Shown: positions 55,873 through 64,000 of the stretch, piece after piece
Position numbering within the stretch: position 1 is the stretch's first letter
Layout: the number at the start of each line of letters is the position of its first letter
Position numbers and translations under genes: made by a program
Notes under the pieces: generated by a model
Told to the model about the DNA's origin: nothing
Databases searched by the model: none
Seen by the model: only the letters and a program-made list of their open reading frames with translations
From: Chloroflexota bacterium
GTDB taxonomy: Bacteria > Chloroflexota > Dehalococcoidia > JACPQD01
Length of the DNA stretch: 64,000 bases
Reading direction: 5' to 3'
Assembly (NCBI GenBank): GCA_016190665.1
Contig: JACPQD010000091.1
Coordinates: 27,246-91,245 of the forward strand

Positions 55873-55913
55873 GTCCATCCATGTTTCAAACTTGGCTCTT
55901 CTTGTCGCCGCCC

Positions 55914-57125
55914 CTACTTCGCTATGGTCAAGACAAACCTTGTGTCGGAAACCTCCTCAAGCTCCGGAGTCAGCTTCCTCATCTTGAGCTCGCGCTGAAT
56001 GTTCTGGAGCGAGTCCCGGTCGCCCAGGATGATCCTTGTGCTCTGCCCCTTTGTCAGGCTATCCACGATTTGAGTGGCCATCACCTTTGAGGCGGGGCAG
56101 ACGAAGCCGGTGAAGTCATACTCCTCGCGGAGAACGAAGGGCGCCGCTTCCTCCAGGAACTCCTTGTAGAAGCTGGCGTACTTGAAAGCGTCGTCCGGGG
56201 ATATGGCGACTGCCAGCCCCTTGTGCGAGGACGCATATTTCAGAGCCACGTGGACTATCGCCCCGGTGGTGGGGCCAACGGGGATGCCATCCTTTCGCGC
56301 CAGGTCGATAGCGGTGGCATAGGCGTCTTCGTCCGTCACCTCCACGACATCGTCGATCACGCTCCTGTCCAGGATCGTCGGCACGAACCGGTCCTCCAGG
56401 TCCGTAATCCGCTTCATGCCCGGCAGTTGATGGTACGGGGTATCAGGTTCGACCCCGATGACTCGGACCTTCGGATTCTGCTCCTTGAGGAATCTGGCGA
56501 CGCCCGTTATCGTCCCGCAGGTGCCGAAGCCGGCGAAGAAATAGTCAACCTTGCCCTTTGTCTGCGCCCATATCTCAGGGCCGGTGTTGCGGTAATGGGC
56601 CTGGACATTCAACTCGTTCTCGTATTGATTCGGGGTGACGTAGCGGTCGCTGGCGGCGGGACTCTCCACCAGGGCCTTCACGAGACCTCTCGCCCCCTCG
56701 GTAGGGTACATGGGGCACAGGGTATCGTCGGCCTCCAGCAGCTTTGCGCCCAGGAGCTTGAGCAGTATCTTCTTCTCATCAGGGATGCCCTCGGGCACGG
56801 CGATCTCGATGGGCACACCCAGGGCTGCCGCGGTGCAGGCGAGGGCGATGCCAGTATTACCGGAGGACGGCTCGACAATGGTCTTTTGACCGATGTCCAG
56901 CCCCCTGAGCATCTCGCAGGCAATCCTGTCCTTGATCGAGCCGAAGGGATTGTAGCGTTCCAGCTTCAGAAAGAGTAAGAAGTCGCTGCTGGGATTGATG
57001 CGGTTGAGCCTGACCAGAGGCGTGGGGTTCGCCGGACTGGCTATGAGCTGGGTTATGTCGGAATATACTCGCAACTGGTGGTCCGGATCGGAAGCTTGTC
57101 TCTTGGGTCTGCTGTTCTTTGCCAT
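55914..57125 (-). CDS. Cysteine synthase-family PLP enzyme fused to a C-terminal TusA/SirA-like domain
   Basis: PLP-lysine motif NPFGSIKDR, SSGNTG, and a G-rich loop GFGTCGTITG. The last ~75 aa (YDFTGFVCPASKVMATQIVDSLTKGQSTRIILGDRDSLQNIQRE..) resemble TusA (CPxP-type Cys, ..G..l.v..dd). Confidence 0.8.
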   Translation of the reverse strand: MAKNSRPKRQASDPDHQLRVYSDITQLIASPANPTPLVRLNRINPSSDFLLFLKLERYNPFGSIKDRIACEMLRGLDIGQKTIVEPSSGNTGIALACTAAALGVPIEIAVPEGIPDEKKILLKLLGAKLLEADDTLCPMYPTEGARGLVKALVESPAASDRYVTPNQYENELNVQAHYRNTGPEIWAQTKGKVDYFFAGFGTCGTITGVARFLKEQNPKVRVIGVEPDTPYHQLPGMKRITDLEDRFVPTILDRSVIDDVVEVTDEDAYATAIDLARKDGIPVGPTTGAIVHVALKYASSHKGLAVAISPDDAFKYASFYKEFLEEAAPFVLREEYDFTGFVCPASKVMATQIVDSLTKGQSTRIILGDRDSLQNIQRELKMRKLTPELEEVSDTRFVLTIAK

Positions 57126-57151
57126 GTCAACTTTCTAAAGAGGAGCCAGGG

Positions 57152-58864
57152 CTAAGCCCTTTCGAACTCCCGGTATTCGCCGAAGACCTCGGTCAGGGCC
57201 TTCGTAATCTCGCCGATGGTGGCGTAGGTCTTCACCGCCTCCAGGAGCGGCGGAATCGTGTTTACGCCCTGGTCGCCAGCGGCCTCTTTGAGACGCGCCA
57301 GACTCGCGGCCACAGCGCCATTGTCACGCTCCTTCCTGAGGGCCTTGAGCTTGGCTATCTGCCGGTCCTCCGCCTCCTGCCGCCTCGCCGGATCGTAGGG
57401 ATGGGGCACGGCGCGGCTGGGGAGCACTTCCAGCTCGTTCTCACCCAGGAATCTGTTCACGCCGACAATAACGATCTGTCCCGTCTCCAGTTTGTGCTGG
57501 TATTCATAGGCGCTGCGCGTGATCCTGCGCTTGGTGTAGCCGCTCTCCACGCAGGCCACGGCGCCGCCGTGCTTTTCGATGTCTTCGACCACCTGCCAGG
57601 CGTCGCGCTCTATACTGTCCGTTAACCATTCAATATAATACGAACCGGCGAGGGGGTCAATTATGTCGCACAGTTTGGCCTCTTGCTTGATGATGCGCTC
57701 GCCATCGCGCATCAACTGGCGCGCTTCCAGGCTATAACCGAGGCCCAGGGGCTCGTCGTAGCCGGGGTGAAGCTCGCCGCCGCCTCCAGACAGGGCGGAG
57801 GCGATGGCGCCGATGACCGTCCGGGTCAGATTGTTGAGCGGGCGCTGGGCCGTAGTAGCGGAGTTGCCGATCATGGCGCCGCGCATAGTGCGGAACTTCC
57901 AGCTCTCCGGATCCCTGGCTCCAAACCTCTCCCTGAGCAACCTGGCCCACATCCGGCGCACTGCCCGATGAAGAGCGATCTCGTAGAGCATCTCCATGCT
58001 GCCGCCCATGCTCACGAATCCCAGCTTCGGCGCGAACTCATCGATACCCAGACCGGCGTCGAGGCCGAGCTGGATGTAGGCGGCGGCGTGCGCCAGGGCG
58101 ATGCCCAGGGTCTCAGGGCCGGTGGCGCCCGCCTCACGGAACTGGACGCCGCCCATCATGATGGGCTCGGAGAGCGGCATCTGCCGCGTGCAGAAGACGA
58201 TGGTATCGCGCACCAGCCGGAGCGACGGCTCGGGCGGGAAGATATACATTCCGCGCGCCACGAACTCCTTCAGGATGTCATTCTGGACAACGCAGCCCAA
58301 CTGGTCAAAGGGAATTCCCCTCTGTTCCCCCAGGGCCAGGTACATCGCCAGGATGATGTTGGCCGGGGCATTCATCACCCAGTTGGAGTGGAGCGTATCG
58401 AGGTCGTGGTCGCCCACGAAGGCTTCGTAGATAATCTCGAAGTCCCGAAGGGAATCCACGGCGACCCCGGTCTTGCCCACTTCCCCCCTGGCCATAGGCT
58501 CATCGGAGTTCATGCCGATCTGGGTGGGCAGGTCGAAGGCCACGAAGGGAGCCTGGCCGCGCCCCGTGGTGAGCATGGACTTGAAATAGTCGCGCGTGTC
58601 CTCGGCCAGTCCGTAGCCGCTGTAGATGCGCGGGTTCTTGAAGGCGTCAGCCTCCCGGAAACAGGAAGAGGTCGAAGAAGTGAAGGGGTATTCTCCAGGG
58701 AAGCCAACGTCCGACAGGAAAGAATGATGAGGGATATCGAGCGGCGTGTAGAGCTGGTTCGGGCTCCTCTCCACGCCGAATCTCTCCAGCGAGCGCTTCA
58801 GCGTGGTCTCCTTCCACCTCCTCTTTCTTTCTGCGACCTCGTCCAGGTAGTCCTCTTGGAACAT
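57152..58864 (-). CDS. Acyl-CoA (methylmalonyl-CoA-type) mutase large subunit, catalytic domain only
   Basis: 570 aa. ..YTPLDIP...SDVGFPGEYPF.., ..FVAFDLPTQIGMNSDEPMARGEVGKTGVAVDSL.., ..RTMRGAMIGNSATTAQRPLNN.. No B12-binding domain is seen in this ORF. Confidence 0.82.
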   Translation of the reverse strand: MFQEDYLDEVAERKRRWKETTLKRSLERFGVERSPNQLYTPLDIPHHSFLSDVGFPGEYPFTSSTSSCFREADAFKNPRIYSGYGLAEDTRDYFKSMLTTGRGQAPFVAFDLPTQIGMNSDEPMARGEVGKTGVAVDSLRDFEIIYEAFVGDHDLDTLHSNWVMNAPANIILAMYLALGEQRGIPFDQLGCVVQNDILKEFVARGMYIFPPEPSLRLVRDTIVFCTRQMPLSEPIMMGGVQFREAGATGPETLGIALAHAAAYIQLGLDAGLGIDEFAPKLGFVSMGGSMEMLYEIALHRAVRRMWARLLRERFGARDPESWKFRTMRGAMIGNSATTAQRPLNNLTRTVIGAIASALSGGGGELHPGYDEPLGLGYSLEARQLMRDGERIIKQEAKLCDIIDPLAGSYYIEWLTDSIERDAWQVVEDIEKHGGAVACVESGYTKRRITRSAYEYQHKLETGQIVIVGVNRFLGENELEVLPSRAVPHPYDPARRQEAEDRQIAKLKALRKERDNGAVAASLARLKEAAGDQGVNTIPPLLEAVKTYATIGEITKALTEVFGEYREFERA

Positions 58865-58902
58865 CTAGCCTTTCCGCTTGCGCAATTCGGGCGTAAACCG
58901 AA

Positions 58903-58924
58903 GGGGCACGGTACACCGTACCCC
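58903..58924 (-). terminator. Hairpin between the PrpD-like and mutase genes (possible attenuator/terminator)
   Basis: ggggcacggt-ac-accgtacccc forms a near-perfect stem. It lies 30 nt downstream of the PrpD-like stop. Confidence 0.3.
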
Positions 58925-58954
58925 TACATTGGTGGTTGGGGCCCTCAAATGAGC

Positions 58955-60340
58955 TTACGCCTTCGCTGAGGTCATCAAGTCGGTGACCTCGCTGACGTCC
59001 TTTACCTTCTCCAGGTTGAGAAGCAGGTCGGCCAGACGCTTTATCTTCGCGTCGGACAGCTTGCCCTGGGCGCAGCTCTTGAAGATGGTCATGCGCTCTT
59101 CCATAGTGAGGTCGGCAGCCCCCCGTGCACCCTTCTGCCTCAAGGCGTCGACGGCATTGGTCAAGACGCGGCCGTCCTTCATTCTGACGGTTACCTTCTG
59201 CTCGCCAACGTGCACCCGCGTCATGGGCAGGTCGGTCCGGAGGGTCCAGCTTATCTTCTTGCGCGCCTCCTTGTATTTCGGATCGACGGCCATGGCGTCA
59301 GTGAAGGGCGCCGTCCAGGGCATGTCCGGCTTCCGGGCCAGCAGAGCGGCGGCCAGCGAGTGCTTCAAGGAGAACTTGGCCTGCTCCCCGTCTATAGGGT
59401 CGTTGAAGCGGAGCATTTTGCCGGTGTGGGGAGGCGTCTCGACATCCACGCTGACGACATCCTCGTAGTGGATATCGTGCTGGGATATCAGTCCAAAGAG
59501 GGCCTCCACGGCGCGGTCGTTCTGCATGCAACAGCCGTAGGACTTCACCGCCGTGCCCGGGTCGACAATATACCAGGGGTTGCCCAGGTTCCTGGTCATG
59601 GTTTCCAGGTCATACTCACCACTGCCACCCTTCGCATAGACCTCACAGAAGCCCTCCCAGTCCTCGATAACATCGGGGCAGGAAGTGACGCCGTACTTGG
59701 CCAGCAAAGCCGCCGTCATTCCGTCCTTGCAGGCCGTGCCGCTGTCCAAGAGGTGGGTCATGTAGCCCGTGGAGCGCCGGAAGCCGCCGCAGTACGGCCC
59801 GGCGTGGCCGAAGGCGATCTCCAGTTGCTCGACGCTGAATTTCCACAGCTTGGCGGCGGCCGCCGCCGCGCCGAAGGGCCCGTAGACGAAGCCTATCCAG
59901 CCCCGGTTGGGCGCCCCGATGGTGCCCATGCCTATCCGTCCCTGGATCTCCACCCCAAGAATGAAGGCTTCCAAGACCGCCTTGCCCGAGGCCTTCAGGC
60001 TCTCCCCCAGGGCCAGGGCCGCGGGAATCACAGGCGAGTAGTTGCTCCCGCCGAACCGGCCCGCCGCCTCCAGCTCCAAGGCATGGGCAGCCGTGCCGTT
60101 GATCCAGCAGGCGTTGGGCAGCGTGGTCTTGAAGCGCCAGCCGGCGACTCCGGCCTCCTCAGCCCCTCCGGAAGCCTTCAACATTTTGACGAGCCTTCTG
60201 GTAACCGGCTCGGGCGCGCCGCCCAGGGTATGCCCCACGCAGTCAAAGATGTAGCCTTTCGCCAGCTCGATGGCCTCCCTGGGGATGTCGCGGTACTTTG
60301 CCTCGACCACGAATTTGGCCAGGGTCTCCGTAGTGCCCAT
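58955..60340 (-). CDS. MmgE/PrpD-family protein (2-methylcitrate dehydratase-like)
   Basis: MGTTETLAKFVVEAKYRDIPREAIELAKGYIFDCVG is the classic PrpD-family N-terminus. The start is placed at ATG 60340 with ggaggg upstream (ORF track: 60475). Confidence 0.85.
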   Translation of the reverse strand: MGTTETLAKFVVEAKYRDIPREAIELAKGYIFDCVGHTLGGAPEPVTRRLVKMLKASGGAEEAGVAGWRFKTTLPNACWINGTAAHALELEAAGRFGGSNYSPVIPAALALGESLKASGKAVLEAFILGVEIQGRIGMGTIGAPNRGWIGFVYGPFGAAAAAAKLWKFSVEQLEIAFGHAGPYCGGFRRSTGYMTHLLDSGTACKDGMTAALLAKYGVTSCPDVIEDWEGFCEVYAKGGSGEYDLETMTRNLGNPWYIVDPGTAVKSYGCCMQNDRAVEALFGLISQHDIHYEDVVSVDVETPPHTGKMLRFNDPIDGEQAKFSLKHSLAAALLARKPDMPWTAPFTDAMAVDPKYKEARKKISWTLRTDLPMTRVHVGEQKVTVRMKDGRVLTNAVDALRQKGARGAADLTMEERMTIFKSCAQGKLSDAKIKRLADLLLNLEKVKDVSEVTDLMTSAKA

Positions 60341-60425
60341 ACGAATAGTCCCTCCTCTAAGATATGAATCGTCCATGCCGATTGACACCAGCACCGCCAG
60401 GGATGAGAATCGTGTTTCTATACCC

Positions 60426-60463
60426 CGCACTGAAGTACGGGGTACACCGCGTACTTTAGTGCG
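60426..60463. repeat. Palindromic repeat element, copy 2 (short-loop version)
   Basis: cgcactgaagtacg (60426-60439) and cgtactttagtgcg (60450-60463), the same arms as at 19835-19899. Confidence 0.8.
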
Positions 60464-60602
60464 CGGTGTGTGCAAGCGTTCCCATTTTCATACCAATGCT
60501 TTGATGCTGCTTAGCCTGACCTGGATGGGGAACGGCAACAGGCCCCTCGACACGGCTCAGAGCCACTGTAAGCCGACATCCGTGGCTCAGCGGAAAGCCA
60601 GC

Positions 60603-62315
60603 TTATTTGGCCAGCCAGACCGCCTCCATGCTGAAGCCGCCCCAGGTGCCTTGAGCGTTGATTCCGGAATAGCCCTTGACGGTGTTCCAGTAGGCCGTGG
60701 CGTTCCGCTTCCAGTAAAGGGGCGCCGAGACCACCACGTCATTGAGCAGCACCTGCTCTACCTCGCGGACCAGTTGTTTGCGCTTCTCCGGGTCCAGTGA
60801 CTTAACCTCCTCCTCCAACTTGCTGTCGACGCGCGCTTCGGAAGTGCCCTCGTAGTTTCTGCCACCCCCCGTCTTGAATCTTTGCGCCAGGGTGAAGTGC
60901 GGCTCAGGCGACCAGGCGCCGAAGGCGTTGACGGAAGAGGTGTAGCGGCCTTTCTCCTGGATATCGAAGTAGGAGGTCGTCTCCTGAATGTCTATCTTCG
61001 CGGCTATCCCGAACTTGTTGAGCTGATCCACCACAGCGGTGGCGTTCTCAACGTCCCCGGCTCGCCGGCGCGTCAGAAGGCTCATCTCGAACCCTCTGGG
61101 ATAGCCCGCCTGCTCCAGCAGCTTGCGCGCCTCGGCCAGGTCGGCGTCCTTGGGTTGCCGGAAGCCGGGCCATTTCGCTATCTCCTCCTTCGGCTGGGCG
61201 AAGGGGTGTGTCGGATAAAGCAGCCCCCCAGGCTCGCCCCGGATCACTGATTGGGACAGGATATCCTGCAGCTTATCGCGATCGATGAGCAGGTGGATCG
61301 CTTTGCGCACCCGAACGTCGGCGAGGGGCCCGGGGATTTTGGGGTTCATCCAAAGGCCCCAGAGGGAGGAGACCAAGCCCTCGGTGATAACCGCGTTTGG
61401 CTCATTCTTCAATATCGCTACCTGGGGCGGCATGATGCCCGGAGTCTTCTCCAGGATATCCAGACGCTTGGTGCGGAAGGCGGCCACCCGTGACGTGCTG
61501 TCAGGGACGACATAGTTCTGCACGGAATCCAGGTAGGGCAAGCCGGGCTTCCAGAAATCGGGGTTCTTTACCACGGTAAAGGAGACGCCGCGAGTGTAGT
61601 TCTGCAACTTGAAGGGGCCCGTACCGATCACCTGCCTGACGTCCCGGATGCCGTTGGCCTCCAACGGCTCGACGATATGTTTGGGCAGCACCTTATGGAA
61701 GGCATAAGCCAGAGCCTCGAAAACCAGGATATTGGGGTACTTGAGGGTAAGCACCAGCTTGTCATCTGAGGGCGCCTCGACCTTACCGATCATTTCGAAG
61801 GCTTCCACCCGCGGATTGCGGAAGCCCTTCGGAGGGCTCATCAGCCTCTCCACCGAGTATTTCGCGTCCGCCGAGGTGAAGGGCTTGCCGTCGTGCCATT
61901 TGACGCCCTGTTTCAAGGTGAAGGTTATCACCGTGCCATCAGGGTTGGTCTCCCACTTCTGGGCGAGGCCGGGCTCGATCTTTTTGCCAGTGTCAGAATC
62001 AAACCTCAAGATCCCATCCCAGACGTGCTCCCCCAGTTGCATGACGCCAAACCAGGTCTCGCGATGGGGATCAAGACTGGGGATATCGTCATATATGGGC
62101 TGTCTCAACGTACCGCCGTATCGGGCTTTTTCCGCCGACGGAGAGGCGACGGCCGTGGGCGCCGCAGGTGTGGCGGCGGGGGCGGCCGCGGGTGCGCTCA
62201 CCGGCGGGGCCGCCCCTTTCGCAGGTGCAGCCTGGGGAGCCGGCGGGGCGGCGCAACCGGCCAGCAAGCCTGCGATTACGAAGAGCGCAGCAAGAATATT
62301 TACCTCTGACATCAT
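60603..62315 (-). CDS. ABC transporter substrate-binding lipoprotein, family 5
   Basis: 570 aa. Signal peptide with lipobox LLAGC followed by an Ala/Pro-rich linker. The body is SBP_bac_5-like. Confidence 0.9.
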   Translation of the reverse strand: MMSEVNILAALFVIAGLLAGCAAPPAPQAAPAKGAAPPVSAPAAAPAATPAAPTAVASPSAEKARYGGTLRQPIYDDIPSLDPHRETWFGVMQLGEHVWDGILRFDSDTGKKIEPGLAQKWETNPDGTVITFTLKQGVKWHDGKPFTSADAKYSVERLMSPPKGFRNPRVEAFEMIGKVEAPSDDKLVLTLKYPNILVFEALAYAFHKVLPKHIVEPLEANGIRDVRQVIGTGPFKLQNYTRGVSFTVVKNPDFWKPGLPYLDSVQNYVVPDSTSRVAAFRTKRLDILEKTPGIMPPQVAILKNEPNAVITEGLVSSLWGLWMNPKIPGPLADVRVRKAIHLLIDRDKLQDILSQSVIRGEPGGLLYPTHPFAQPKEEIAKWPGFRQPKDADLAEARKLLEQAGYPRGFEMSLLTRRRAGDVENATAVVDQLNKFGIAAKIDIQETTSYFDIQEKGRYTSSVNAFGAWSPEPHFTLAQRFKTGGGRNYEGTSEARVDSKLEEEVKSLDPEKRKQLVREVEQVLLNDVVVSAPLYWKRNATAYWNTVKGYSGINAQGTWGGFSMEAVWLAK

Positions 62316-62354
62316 TCCTCCTCCTTTGACATGGTCGCCAGCGGTGTCCGAGAC

Positions 62355-63485
62355 CTACAATTCGAGGGTCGCCTCTCCCCCCTGATAGAAGAATTTGGCG
62401 CCCAGTTTCTGGTCCTCCGTGACCCACTCCATATACTTGAAGACTTCGTCAGCCCTTTTGTCTCCCTGGCGTAATATCTCGGGTTGCCCGGACCTGTTGA
62501 TCATGACAGGGAGATATGACAGTCTTTCGATTTTCCCATTCGCGATCGCGCATTTCACCAGAATGGTCTTTCGCGAATCGGCGGGAAAAGCATAGGTGGG
62601 ATAGTCGGGGTCCAGTTTCCAGCTATAAAGCTCCTCGAGCTCATGGACGCGGGGGCTTCTGGCGGAGCGCTCGTAGGAGTGATCGAAGGCGAAATTGCAC
62701 AGGCTGTAAAAGATGGCCTTGCCCTTGTGGACCTCAACTCCCTTGAGGATGTGAGCGTGATGGCCAAGAATGAGGTCGGCGCCGGCATCGATGGCGATCT
62801 TGCCTACGTCCCGCTGGTACATAGCGAGCATCGCCGGCCAGAAATGGAGGCCCCAGTGCATGGAGACCACGAGAACATCTACCTTTGGGCGCAGCTCCCT
62901 GATGTCCTTCTCCAGCGCGGCGATATCGTCCCGGTTGGGGATGGTAATGATGCGGGCGGGCGTGCCCGGCTGGAATTCCACCTGCTCATAGAAGGTAGAG
63001 ATGCGAACAGGAGCGCAGCCGGGCTTCTCGGGTCGGGCGTCGTAGCCGGCGGGGATCACCGAGTTATAGGCGAGGAAACCAATCTTGGCGCCCTGGCGCT
63101 CAACGATAGCCGGTCGTCGCGCCTCCACGATGTTTCTGCCCACCCCGATCACCTCCATGCCGTTAGCCTTGACGTTGTCTATCGTGTCGAAGAGGGCCTC
63201 ATTCCCATAGTCGAGGGTGTGGTTGCTGGCGAAGGAAAGGACATGGAAGCCGGCACTGGCATAGGCGGAGACGGTGGATGCCGGAGCGCGCAAAGGCATC
63301 CCCATATGAACGGCAGGGACGCCCCTGTCCGAGATATTCGTCTCCAACTGTCCGAAGAGGAGGTCAGCCTCCTGCAGGACCGGTCGCACCAGGGCGAAAA
63401 TCGAATCCGGGTCATCTCGGTTCACACACAGGTCTCCCGCCGCGTAGAAGGATATTTCTGAACTGCCCTTCCCCTTGCCAGCCAT
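62355..63485 (-). CDS. CapA-family (PGA_cap) metallophosphatase-like protein
   Basis: ..FYAAGDLCVNR...ADLLFGQLETNIS...SFASNHTLDYG...GHHAHILKG.. is the CapA pattern. Confidence 0.85.
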   Translation of the reverse strand: MAGKGKGSSEISFYAAGDLCVNRDDPDSIFALVRPVLQEADLLFGQLETNISDRGVPAVHMGMPLRAPASTVSAYASAGFHVLSFASNHTLDYGNEALFDTIDNVKANGMEVIGVGRNIVEARRPAIVERQGAKIGFLAYNSVIPAGYDARPEKPGCAPVRISTFYEQVEFQPGTPARIITIPNRDDIAALEKDIRELRPKVDVLVVSMHWGLHFWPAMLAMYQRDVGKIAIDAGADLILGHHAHILKGVEVHKGKAIFYSLCNFAFDHSYERSARSPRVHELEELYSWKLDPDYPTYAFPADSRKTILVKCAIANGKIERLSYLPVMINRSGQPEILRQGDKRADEVFKYMEWVTEDQKLGAKFFYQGGEATLEL

Positions 63486-63694
63486 GTCTCCTCCTTGAAG
63501 TCAGTTAGCGAGCCGCCGGTTGCCAATGGGGCCGGGGTTGAGACGCAATTGTGCGATCGAACCCGCCCCGAGGCCAGCATATAGTAACGCCGAGGCTCAC
63601 CGTTGTCAAGCTTCCGGAGGATGCCCGCATCCGGCGGAGGGAGGGAGCCAAACTGCGCCAAAGAACTGCCGTCCCGTCAAAGGCCTCACTGGCG

Positions 63695-64000
63695 CTACTT
63701 CGCCAGCCAGACGTAGCGGATGACCCTTATGTTGTTATTGGCCGAGAAGTACTTCGGCTGGAAGTTCTTGACTTCCGGCCAGATGAACAGGTAGTGCTCA
63801 TCCCAATGGCTGGTGACATACCATGCCTAGTCAATGAGACGGAGTTCCATTTGCCGGACCAACCTGGCGCGCTCCGCAGGATCGATGGCCTGCGATTGGA
63901 GAGCGAAAAGGCGGTCGATTTCCGGGTCCACGAAACCGGACTCGTTGGGCGAAGCGAAGCAGCGTGCGGCGCCGTCAGGATCAGCATTGTCCAGAGTCGG
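63695..64000 (-). pseudogene. Third family-5 substrate-binding protein gene (3-prime part; continues beyond the window) with in-frame TAG
   Basis: The minus-strand frame reads ...NESGFVDPEIDRLFALQSQAIDPAERARLVRQMELRLID*AWYVTSHWDEHYLFIWPEVKNFQPKYFSANNNIRVIRYVWLAK*. The internal TAG is at 63827-63829 and the terminal TAG at 63695-63697. Confidence 0.65.

Noticed and set aside
77-62427. Numerous long ORFs antisense to or overlapping the annotated genes (for example 77..862 -, 1584..2477 -, 13007..14215 +, 17108..18247 +, 23667..24620 -, 52456..53388 +, 57683..58969 +, 59210..60367 +)
   Set aside because: They lie opposite genes with clear family signatures. They are rich in Arg/Gly/Pro/Ala as expected for shadow frames in high-GC DNA, and they lack SD sequences or recognisable motifs.
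50902-63829. Amber (TAG) codon reassignment or pyrrolysine decoding, suggested by two in-frame TAGs in conserved-looking genes
   Set aside because: TAG is used as the terminal stop of many well-defined genes in this window at positions that fit family C-termini (for example 934, 5390, 5682, 7522, 9197, 20606 and both flp genes). The affected genes are not methylamine methyltransferases. Nonsense mutations in decaying genes are the simpler explanation.

Overview
High-GC bacterial chromosomal window. It may come from a monoderm, Chloroflexota-like organism: the Tad locus has no secretin and the alpha-2-macroglobulin has a TM anchor. This taxonomic guess is inference only.

Layout:
- 1-6.8 kb: a family-5 ABC substrate-binding protein, then a hot-dog dehydratase with two family-III CoA-transferases.
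- 6.8-10.8 kb: a small accessory islet of VOC/glyoxalase, DUF2277 and SRPBCC genes. It is bracketed by two four-helix-bundle genes and contains truncated and frameshifted genes.
- 10.8-19.2 kb: a pbpC-like PBP operon with a 2007-aa, cysteine-free (thioester-less) alpha-2-macroglobulin.
- 19.3-20.6 kb: OsmC and a TlpA-like thiol:disulfide oxidoreductase. Its active-site Cys codon is an in-frame TGA followed by a SECIS-like hairpin, so it is a probable selenoprotein.
- 21.5-33.4 kb: a complete secretin-less Flp/Tad pilus locus.
- 35.7-55.9 kb: a toxin-antitoxin and defence island with no recombinase. It holds DUF4258/DUF2283, VapBC+DUF429, BrnTA, HigB/RelE-XRE(+DUF2283), ImmA/IrrE-XRE+DUF4411, HicB+DprA-like SLOG, DUF433/DUF5615 and a TumE-like module (+DUF2283). 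These are interleaved with metabolic cargo. The island also has a two-gene PLD-SNF2 helicase + Eco57I/PglX-like N6-methyltransferase system carrying several inactivating lesions, and relics of other methyltransferases.
- 55.9-64 kb: cysteine synthase-TusA fusion, acyl-CoA mutase, PrpD-like protein, a second SBP, CapA, and a third SBP with an in-frame TAG.

No rRNA, tRNA, CRISPR array, transposase or integrase was recognised. All family assignments come from reading the translations and recalling motifs. No database search was run.
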